From Candidatus Proteinoplasmatales archaeon SG8-5 (GTDB lineage: Archaea > Thermoplasmatota > Thermoplasmata > SG8-5), in contig LSSH01000084.1 of assembly GCA_001595885.1 (NCBI GenBank), forward strand, positions 1 to 41,329: a DNA stretch of 41,329 nucleotides, in the 5' to 3' direction. Positions 35,564 to 41,329 of this stretch are shown here, in pieces; positions within the stretch are counted from its first letter, which is position 1, and every line of letters starts with the position of its first letter. Under the pieces are notes generated by a model. The model ran no database searches and had not been told where the DNA came from. It worked only from the letters and a program-made list of their open reading frames with translations. The position numbers and the translations under genes were made by a program.

Positions 35564-36358
35564 ATGGACTGGGGTATGAAGAACCGCTTGTCGAAGATAA
35601 TCAAGGCGAAGGACAACAGGACGCTGATGCTGGCCGTTGACCACGGATATTTCATGGGCCCGACGACCGGCTTGGAGCAAATGGACAAGAGCATCGTACC
35701 CCTGATGCCGTACGCGGACACGCTCATGCTGACGCGCGGAGCGCTGCGCAACTACATACCTCCGGAGTCGGAGACCCCCATCGTTCTAAGGGTCTCTGGC
35801 GGTACCAGCATACTCAACGAGAATCTGCTGCACGAGGGCATCATCGCGTCAATGGAGGAGGCGGTAAGGCTGAACGTGGCTGGGGTTGCTTTCTCGATAC
35901 TCGTCGGTGCGAGCTTCGAGCGCGACACATTGCTTGCTTTCACCGAGATAGTTGATGAGGCCGAATCCTTGGGCATCCCGGTGGTGGCCGTGACCGCGGT
36001 GGGGAAGGACATGGTCCGCGACGCAAGGTACATGAGCCTCGCCTCGAGGATGGCCGCCGAGCTGGGCGCGCACATCGTGAAGACCTATTACGTCGAGGGA
36101 TTCGAGAATGTGGTTGATACCTGTCCCGTTCCCGTCGTGATTGCCGGGGGCAAGAAAATCGAGGAGCTCGAGTGCCTGAAGATGGCCTACAACGCCCTGG
36201 AGGCCGGGGCAGTCGGGGTGGACATGGGCCGCAACATCTTCCAGGCGGAAAATCCCATCGCAATGATTCAGGCCGTGCGGTCGATAGTGCACGAGAAAGC
36301 AACTCCGGAGGAGGCCTACCAGCTGCTCAGCAAGAAGCGGGGCAAGTGGTCGAGGTAG
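35564..36358 (+). CDS. Class I aldolase of the DhnA/FbaB/AroA' family (FBP aldolase or ADH synthase)
   Basis: RTLMLAVDHGYFMGPTTGLE and Schiff-base lysine context HIVKTYY, 264 aa. The paralogue type cannot be decided by eye. Confidence 0.8.
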   Translation: MDWGMKNRLSKIIKAKDNRTLMLAVDHGYFMGPTTGLEQMDKSIVPLMPYADTLMLTRGALRNYIPPESETPIVLRVSGGTSILNENLLHEGIIASMEEAVRLNVAGVAFSILVGASFERDTLLAFTEIVDEAESLGIPVVAVTAVGKDMVRDARYMSLASRMAAELGAHIVKTYYVEGFENVVDTCPVPVVIAGGKKIEELECLKMAYNALEAGAVGVDMGRNIFQAENPIAMIQAVRSIVHEKATPEEAYQLLSKKRGKWSR

Positions 36359-36372
36359 TCCGTAACAAAGAT

Positions 36373-36379
36373 TTTATAA
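36373..36379 (+). promoter_or_regulatory. TATA-like box upstream of the aIF-1A gene
   Basis: TTTATAA preceded by AAAGA, 33 nt (box centre) upstream of the in-frame TTG at 36409. Confidence 0.35.
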
Positions 36380-36408
36380 TATCGCTGGCTTATTGGGACT
36401 CGATAGTC

Positions 36409-36747
36409 TTGGCCAGAAAGTTCAAGGAGGAGAAACGGAAGGGCGACACCGAGGAGATGGTGCGCGCGCCCCTTCCGAAGGAGAACAAGCGCGAGATGTT
36501 CGGAGTAGCTGACCAGCTGCTCGGAGCGTCGAAGATCAAGATCATGTGCGCGGACGGCAAGTCCAGGATGGGGAGGATCCCGGGGAAGCTGAAGAAGAGG
36601 ATGTGGATGCGCGAGGGCGACCTGTTGATAATCAGGCCCTGGGAGTTCCAGGACGACAAGGCGGATATCATTTATCGGTACACGAGGACGCAATCGTCAT
36701 ACCTGGCGAGGAAGAAGGCCATCCCGGAGACCATCAATATTTTCTAG
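36409..36747 (+). CDS. eif1a: Translation initiation factor aIF-1A
   Basis: GRIPGKLKKRMWMREGDLLIIRPWEFQDDKADIIYRY (S1/OB core). The track ORF from 36172 overlaps the aldolase gene. Plausible starts are TTG 36409 (homologue-like N-terminal length) or ATG 36457. Confidence 0.85.
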   Translation: MARKFKEEKRKGDTEEMVRAPLPKENKREMFGVADQLLGASKIKIMCADGKSRMGRIPGKLKKRMWMREGDLLIIRPWEFQDDKADIIYRYTRTQSSYLARKKAIPETINIF

Positions 36748-36759
36748 CGAGCGAATAGA

Positions 36760-37536
36760 ATGGACATCGATGACAAGCAACTGAGAGAACTTGAAAAGAA
36801 GGTTCTGGCCTATCGTTTTCGTATCAAGGACGCTGACGAGCGAAAGACCTACGACGAGGTCTTCGACCACTCCACCCTCATGATAATCTACGACATGATG
36901 TCGTCCGGCATCTTCGACACCCTTGATTTTCCAATTGCCACTGGCAAGGAGGGGATCGTCTTCAGGGCCACCACGCCCGACGGAGGATTCGTCGCCGTGA
37001 AGATCTATCGGATATCCAACGCCACGTTCAACAACATGCAGAAGTACATAGCCGGCGACGAGCGCTTCAGGAACGTCGGAAAATCCAGGCGAAGGGCGAT
37101 ATTCCTCTGGGCGCAGAAGGAATACCGAAACCTGGAGAGGATGCATGCGAGCGGGATTCCCGTTCCAAAGCCCATCAAGTGCGTGAAGAACGTCATAGCC
37201 ATGGAATTCATCGGCATTGATGAAACCCCGGCGCTGCACCTCAAGGACACGGGCACGGAGGATGCCCAACCATTGTATGAGACCCTATACGACTGCATCA
37301 AACGTTTGTATCGGGAGGTGGGACTGGTGCACGCCGATTTTTCCGAATACAACATCCTCATGCGGGATGAGCAGCCCACAATCATCGATGTGGGTCAGGC
37401 CGTCCTGAAGAACCACCCGATGGCCCTGGAGTTCCTTGAAAGGGACATAAAAAATCTTGCCAGATACTTCCGGAAGTACGACATCAAGGCCGACGTACAA
37501 GCCCTGAAGGCCGATGTTCTGGGGGGTGATGGATGA
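36760..37536 (+). CDS. rio1: RIO-type serine protein kinase Rio1
   Basis: ATGKEGIVFRA (P-loop), VHADFSEYNIL (catalytic loop), IIDVGQAV (metal-binding loop). Confidence 0.9.
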   Translation: MDIDDKQLRELEKKVLAYRFRIKDADERKTYDEVFDHSTLMIIYDMMSSGIFDTLDFPIATGKEGIVFRATTPDGGFVAVKIYRISNATFNNMQKYIAGDERFRNVGKSRRRAIFLWAQKEYRNLERMHASGIPVPKPIKCVKNVIAMEFIGIDETPALHLKDTGTEDAQPLYETLYDCIKRLYREVGLVHADFSEYNILMRDEQPTIIDVGQAVLKNHPMALEFLERDIKNLARYFRKYDIKADVQALKADVLGGDG

Positions 37537-38084
37537 TGCTCTTCGTGAAGGTACCGAGGGAGCGCATCGGTGTCCTCATAGGTCCCGAAGGAAAGACCAA
37601 GGAGTTGATCGAGCAGAGCACCGGCGTGACCCTCCAGATAGACTCAGGCGAGGGGGACGTCACAATCATCCCTAAGGAGGAGGCCATGGCGGAAGGCATG
37701 GTCGGACTTGCGGCAAGGGACATAGTCAAGGCCATTGCCAGGGGATTCTCCCCCGACCGCGCCCTCGTCCTGAGATCCGAGGACATCTACTTCACAGTCA
37801 TGGACATTCGCGATTACGTGGGCAAGAGCCAGAAGCACATCAAGCGTGTAAGGGCCAGACTCATAGGTACAAAGGGAAAGACCAGGCGCATCATCGAGGA
37901 GCTCAGCGGCGCCGAGATGTCCGTGTACGGCAACACCGTCGCCCTCATCGGAGACCTCGATTCCATGGACGTCTCAAAGCGCGCCGTGGAGATGATACTG
38001 GACGGCAGCGAGCACAGGGCGGTCTACAAGTACCTTGAAGGGCAACGGCGGGAGCTGAAGTTCAGGGAGATGTCGATGGAGTGA
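37533..38084 (+). CDS. Double KH-domain RNA-binding protein (archaeal Dim2/Pno1-like)
   Basis: Two GXXG loops (IGPEGKTKELIE and IGTKGKTRRIIEE). 4-nt overlap with rio1. aIF-1A, Rio1, KH is a conserved archaeal gene order. Confidence 0.8.
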   Translation: MMLFVKVPRERIGVLIGPEGKTKELIEQSTGVTLQIDSGEGDVTIIPKEEAMAEGMVGLAARDIVKAIARGFSPDRALVLRSEDIYFTVMDIRDYVGKSQKHIKRVRARLIGTKGKTRRIIEELSGAEMSVYGNTVALIGDLDSMDVSKRAVEMILDGSEHRAVYKYLEGQRRELKFREMSME

Positions 38085-38107
38085 GGTTCTCCCCCGGTTG
38101 CTTCATT

Positions 38108-38250
38108 CTAAAGGGCCCTGTGATATGGGCTCGGCCCCATACCCTGCCCTCACAGGCGAGGTTTGGATTGATTGAGAAGAATGTGTTGTCACTCTGTAAT
38201 AATCCGATTCAACCACCCCGCCCTCACAGGCGGGGCATGCGGTAAATGCT
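38108..38250. other. Structured noncoding element with duplicated GC hairpin; candidate ncRNA, unclassified
   Basis: Exact 13-mer gccctcacaggcg at 38146-38158 and 38220-38232. The second copy forms a perfect CCCCGCC-ctcaca-GGCGGGG hairpin (38216-38235), the first a degenerate one (38142-38161). An imperfect long hairpin (about 38160-38214) lies between them. 214-bp gap between convergent genes. Confidence 0.2.
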
Positions 38251-38298
38251 CGTGGTTCAGCGTTAAAAAAATCTGTAGCCCCACTATGACTTCGTATT

Positions 38299-38613
38299 TT
38301 ATCCGTACATCATGCCGTCGTATTCCTCGATCGGTCCCTGGCGCTTCTTCAGCTTCTCCTGCACCTTCTTGAGCTGCTCGGTCTCCCTTCCCGTGAACTG
38401 GAAATCACCGCTGGCAAGGCTGACGAATGTCTTGTCCGGCAGGGGTTCCGTGGCGATGAGGCCTTTCACGGCCAGGACCTTCAGCGAGTTCTCCACCCGG
38501 TTCTTGGGCTCCTTCAGGTAATCGGCAATCTCGTCGACGGTTATCGGGTACACCTCGACCAGCAGGAGAAGTATCTTCGCCTCCAGGCTGCTGGTATCGA
38601 ACGTCGATGGCAT
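38299..38613 (-). CDS. Small winged-helix protein with an acidic tail ending in MYG
   Basis: 104 aa. LEAKILLLLVEVYPITVDEIADYLKEPKNRVENSLKVLAVKGLIA is wHTH-like. C-terminus is EEYDGMMYG. The ATG lies 1 nt after the upstream TAG. Confidence 0.6.
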   Translation of the reverse strand: MPSTFDTSSLEAKILLLLVEVYPITVDEIADYLKEPKNRVENSLKVLAVKGLIATEPLPDKTFVSLASGDFQFTGRETEQLKKVQEKLKKRQGPIEEYDGMMYG

Positions 38614-38614
38614 G

Positions 38615-38905
38615 CTATCCGAACATCGTGCCCGAATCGGGCTTGTCCTTCTCTTCCTTCTCCGCGGCCTTCAGGATGTCGATGGCTATGATGACGTGCA
38701 CCGGTATCACGCGGATGCGGCCGGCCATGTCCTTGTGCGACGAGTCCAGCTCGATGCAGAGGCCTTCGTCGTGGGCTATTGCCGTGTACCCGAGGAACTT
38801 CCCGTGAGTGATAAGGGGAGCGTCCCTCGATTCCAGTGATTTGATCCTGTATTTCGAGCCCACCGTCAGCATGATGCCTGAGTCGTCCTCTCTCTTTTCC
38901 TTCAT
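38615..38905 (-). CDS. Small beta-rich protein (possible SH3/Sm-like barrel) with a tail ending in MFG
   Basis: 96 aa. GKFLGYTAIAHDEGLCIELDSS...GRIRVIPVHVIIAIDIL, then a charged tail KEEKDKPDSGTMFG. The ATG lies 1 nt after the upstream TGA. Confidence 0.55.
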   Translation of the reverse strand: MKEKREDDSGIMLTVGSKYRIKSLESRDAPLITHGKFLGYTAIAHDEGLCIELDSSHKDMAGRIRVIPVHVIIAIDILKAAEKEEKDKPDSGTMFG

Positions 38906-38906
38906 G

Positions 38907-39356
38907 TCACTTCCTCTCCTTTTCAGCTAACTTCTGAATGTGGTCCACACTCTTCCTGTAGTTGCCCATGGAGACGTTGACGTTCTCCTCCACGAAGTGC
39001 CAGGCATCGGCTAGGCTCGAATATCGCAGGCGGTATCCCCTCTTCTGGCTGCCGTCGTCCTCCTCTATGTAGGATTCCTCGATCAATGTCATGGCCTTCA
39101 GCTGGTTCACGTATTTGCATACTGTAGGCTGTGTCGTTTTCAACTCGTGTGCCAGTTCCTTGATGAACCAGGTCTTGTCGCTTCGGCGCAGGAAGCAGTC
39201 GACGAAAAGCCTGAAGGCAATGCTCTTCCGGACATCGGTTCCGCGGATGCGGGGGCCGAAGTAGCCGATGTGAGTGAGGAATATCTCCGCCGCCTCCTCA
39301 AGGTCGTCGACCGAGGTCAGGGGAGTGTGCTTCTTCAGAGTTATCTCAAAGTCCAT
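38907..39356 (-). CDS. Winged helix-turn-helix DNA-binding protein (ArsR/TrmB-like fold), unknown family
   Basis: 149 aa. WFIKELAHELKTTQPTVCKYVNQLKAMTLIEES...GYRLRY is a wHTH plus wing. Confidence 0.6.
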   Translation of the reverse strand: MDFEITLKKHTPLTSVDDLEEAAEIFLTHIGYFGPRIRGTDVRKSIAFRLFVDCFLRRSDKTWFIKELAHELKTTQPTVCKYVNQLKAMTLIEESYIEEDDGSQKRGYRLRYSSLADAWHFVEENVNVSMGNYRKSVDHIQKLAEKERK

Positions 39357-39377
39357 GAAAGGGTGAATGGGTTCGGG

Positions 39378-39385
39378 CTATTTAA
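39378..39385 (-). promoter_or_regulatory. TATA-like box for the three-gene operon
   Basis: TTAAATAG on the minus strand with 21 nt between the box and the ATG at 39356, consistent with a leaderless transcript. Confidence 0.35.
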
Positions 39386-39419
39386 CGTTGAGGTTAAAAA
39401 ATTAACAGTAAGGAGAAAT

Positions 39420-39644
39420 TCATCTGCCCAAGGAATCGAGCTTCCTCTCCTCCTTGGTGGCCTTCTTGAACTTGCGGTAATGGTCCTTGCAGAGGGAGAC
39501 CTTTTTCCCTTCCCCGTCGAGCGAGAACTCCACGCTGGACTCGACTTTCTTGCGGGAAAGAGAGCGCGAGCCCTCGTTCTCGCAGCCCGCCGCTTCACAC
39601 TTGGCGCCGCCCTCTCTCTTAATGCTTTTCCGGGATGCCATCAC
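39420..39644 (-). CDS. Small basic protein with a putative C-X4-C...C-X2-H zinc site
   Basis: 74 aa, Lys/Arg-rich. CEAAGC (Cys16/Cys21) and CKDH (Cys52/His55). Minus-strand TATA-like TTTAATA at 39664-39670. Confidence 0.5.
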   Translation of the reverse strand: MMASRKSIKREGGAKCEAAGCENEGSRSLSRKKVESSVEFSLDGEGKKVSLCKDHYRKFKKATKEERKLDSLGR

Positions 39645-39695
39645 AATCTCAAAAGACCTGCCGTATTAAAGGATAACGGCGGTTCGTGGCGCGCA

Positions 39696-39704
39696 TTTAT
39701 TTAT
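39696..39704 (+). promoter_or_regulatory. TATA-like box for the EamA transporter gene
   Basis: TTTATTTAT centred about 27 nt upstream of the ATG at 39727, so a leaderless transcript is likely. Confidence 0.35.
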
Positions 39705-39726
39705 CCGAGTCATCCATCCACCCGCA

Positions 39727-40647
39727 ATGGCTGAGATGATCGGGGAAACCGCCGCGGTCCTGACTGCAACCCTCTGGACCTTCAATTCGATACTGTTCGC
39801 GTCGGCTGGCAGGAAGATCGGCTCGGTCAGTGTCAACGCCTTCAGGATTGCCATCGCCGTTGGCCTGCTCACCATCACCCACTTCATACTGCTGGGCACC
39901 TTCCTCCCGATGGCCTCGGACGAGCAATGGTTCTGGATAGGCCTGAGCGGGATCATCGGACTGGGAATAGGTGATTTCGCCCTGTTCGCTGCCTTCGTCA
40001 TCATCGGACCCAGAAGGTCGGTGCTCATGATGGCGCTGTCGCCGATCTTCGCTGCCATGGTCGCCTATCTCATGCTCGGGGAGGAGCTGTCGACCTGGAC
40101 GGGCATCGGCATTGCCGTGACCTTGACTGGAGTAATAGTCGTTATCCTTGAGAGGGAAGAGGCTTCTGACGAGAAGCCCATCTCCGATAGGACGAAGGTC
40201 TGGGGGACCAGCTTAGGCCTGATAGGGGCCGTCGGCCAGGGAGTGGGCATCGTATTTGCCAAACAAGGCATGCTGCTGTACCCGGACCCGGACAACATCG
40301 ACATCACCCTCTCGGCCACCCTCATCAGGATGATAGCCGGCGCATTGTTCGTCTGGATAGTCGTGGTCTTCGCCGGCAAGCTCCCACAATTACGGAAGGC
40401 CCTGAAGAACAGGAGGGGAATGGCCGAGACCTCCGCGGGTGCGTTCATCGGCCCCTTCATCGGCGTGACCCTCTCGATGGTCGCCGTCCTGTACACACAA
40501 GCTGGCGTTGCACAAACCCTGATGTCGCTCATGCCCGTGTTCATCATCCCGGTAATCTGGGTGCTATTCAGGCAGAGGACGAGCTGGAGAGGTATCCTGG
40601 GAGCCATTGTGGCAGTGGTCGGTGTGGCCATTCTGTTCCTTGTTTGA
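39727..40647 (+). CDS. EamA/DMT-superfamily transporter
   Basis: 306 aa, 10 TM segments in two 5-TM halves. N-terminal AAVLTATLWTFNSILFASAGRKIGSVSVNAFRIAIAV is typical of EamA domains. Confidence 0.85.
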   Translation: MAEMIGETAAVLTATLWTFNSILFASAGRKIGSVSVNAFRIAIAVGLLTITHFILLGTFLPMASDEQWFWIGLSGIIGLGIGDFALFAAFVIIGPRRSVLMMALSPIFAAMVAYLMLGEELSTWTGIGIAVTLTGVIVVILEREEASDEKPISDRTKVWGTSLGLIGAVGQGVGIVFAKQGMLLYPDPDNIDITLSATLIRMIAGALFVWIVVVFAGKLPQLRKALKNRRGMAETSAGAFIGPFIGVTLSMVAVLYTQAGVAQTLMSLMPVFIIPVIWVLFRQRTSWRGILGAIVAVVGVAILFLV

Positions 40648-40697
40648 TTAGTATCCATAACCTACATATACCTTATCCTTTTTCAGGAGGTTGGTAA

Positions 40698-40921
40698 GGG
40701 CCTGTAGCTTAGTCAGGCGGAGCGTCTGGCTCATAACCAGATGGTCGCCGGTTCAAACCGAAGGCCAGCGTCTTTGCATAACCGCTGGCAGAGCTGGTCG
40801 AGGCACGGACGAAAACGATAATGTCATACAAGCGACCCTTTTTCGTCAAGTGTCCGAAAATTGCATAGCAGTTTTCGGATTGCCTTGGAACGCCTCTTCG
40901 TTGGAAATCCGGTCAGGCCCA
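40698..40921 (+). tRNA. tRNA with anticodon CAU (elongator Met or Ile2 type), interrupted by a 150-nt intervening sequence in the T-loop
   Basis: 5' part 40698-40757: acceptor GGGCCTG, D-arm GCTT/GAGC, anticodon arm TCTGG-CTCATAA-CCAGA, T-stem GCCGG, then TTCAAA. 3' part 40908-40921: T CCGGT CAGGCCC A. It completes the T-loop (TTCAAAT), the T-stem (5 pairs, 1 G-U) and a perfect 7-bp acceptor stem plus discriminator A. No encoded CCA. Confidence 0.85.
40758..40907 (+). other. Intervening sequence (putative non-canonical tRNA intron or inserted element)
   Basis: 150 nt. The junction is ambiguous within AAA at both ends (40755-40757 / 40905-40907). Closing helix 40759-40763 / 40896-40900. Three hairpins: 40764-40789, 40808-40847, 40853-40879. 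Confidence 0.7.
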
Positions 40922-40983
40922 CTTAGTATTTTCACCCACCCCACCCCGCCCTTTTTAACCTCCATCATTTATGGGGCGGTGTT

Positions 40984-41329
40984 ATGAGCGTGTTCGAGCT
41001 TCTTGACGAGCGTATCCAGGGTTCTCTGGCGAAGTTGGGCATAACGGAACCGTCGGATGCTCAGGTAGGGGTGATACCGGAGCTGTTGAAGGGCAACGAC
41101 CTGCTCCTCGTGGCCCCGACCGGCATAGGCAAGACGGAAGCGGCCATGTTGCCCATATTGGACGACATACTGGAAAAAGGACCGGAGGGCTTCTACGTCA
41201 TATATGTAACTCCGTTGAGGGCCCTCAACCGCGACATGCTGAGGAGGCTGGAGTGGTTCGGCAAGGAGCTTGGGATCACGGTCGGGGTCAGGCACGGGGA
41301 CACCAGCCAGTATGAGCGCACAAAGCAGG
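40984..41329 (+). CDS. Lhr-like large DEAD/DEAH-box helicase, N-terminal part (runs off the window)
   Basis: MSVFELLDERIQGSLAKLGITEPSDAQVGVIPELLKGNDLLLVAPTGIGKTEAAMLPIL...YVTPLRALNRDM. Q-motif, motif I and motif Ia follow the Lhr pattern. Open to the window end, so missing from the track; the 40969-41295 minus ORF is its antisense shadow. Confidence 0.85.
   Translation, partial: MSVFELLDERIQGSLAKLGITEPSDAQVGVIPELLKGNDLLLVAPTGIGKTEAAMLPILDDILEKGPEGFYVIYVTPLRALNRDMLRRLEWFGKELGITVGVRHGDTSQYERTKQ

Noticed and set aside
36172-36408. Long N-terminal extension of the aIF-1A ORF
   Set aside because: It overlaps the 3' end of the aldolase gene in another frame with Gly/Arg/Pro-rich text. aIF-1A homologues are only about 100-115 aa.
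38142-38235. Possible mini-CRISPR (two similar GC-rich repeats)
   Set aside because: Only two copies of about 20-25 nt, imperfect, with a self-folding spacer and no cas genes, so it is not a CRISPR array.
38615-38617. TAG as a possible pyrrolysine or read-through codon at the end of the 96-aa gene
   Set aside because: TAG also terminates several ordinary genes here (9886-11493, 35564-36358, aIF-1A). No pyl genes or methylamine methyltransferases are present, so it is treated as a normal stop.
40691-40987. 98-aa plus-strand ORF
   Set aside because: It is laid over the tRNA exons and the structured intervening sequence, and has no coding features.

Overview
Archaeal chromosomal segment. Evidence for this: RadA, an aIF-1A/Rio1/KH-protein block, archaeal-type phosphopantothenate synthetase, AlaX, a PAC2 chaperone, DUF1616, and TATA-like boxes about 25 nt upstream of several start codons, which suggests largely leaderless genes. 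No lineage can be assigned from sequence alone. Roughly 0.2-19.9 kb is a surface-glycan biosynthesis island. It holds GT-C-like polytopic membrane proteins, one GT2, six GT-B/GT4-like transferases, a Wzx-like flippase, a UPF0104 flippase-like protein, an FAD oxidoreductase, a B12-binding radical SAM enzyme and a CapK/PaaK-like adenylating enzyme. It also encodes a membrane-anchored extracellular protein with four tandem beta-sandwich repeats fused to a D-glucuronyl C5-epimerase-like domain. 19.0-24.7 kb carries DUF1616, a MacB/LolCDE-like ABC system (one ATPase, two different FtsX permeases) and another large polytopic membrane protein. The right half is housekeeping: RtcA, PAC2, a TPR protein, RadA, M29 aminopeptidase, phosphopantothenate synthetase, AlaX, IscS/IscU, a second MOP flippase, class I aldolase, aIF-1A, Rio1, a KH protein, an EamA transporter and the start of an Lhr-like helicase. 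Signals outside the ORF track or otherwise unusual: (1) a tRNA(CAU) gene split by a 150-nt, highly structured insertion or intron in the T-loop; (2) a 1-nt-spaced three-gene operon (wHTH, small beta-rich protein, wHTH) whose last two products end in M-[Y/F]-G, the same HbYX-like ending as the PAC2 protein; (3) an in-frame 93-bp duplication of the radA 3' end that differs mostly at synonymous sites; (4) four unusually long noncoding gaps in an otherwise tightly packed region, each with CCCC..GGGG hairpins and partly shared motifs. No CRISPR array, transposase, integrase or recognisable defence gene was seen.
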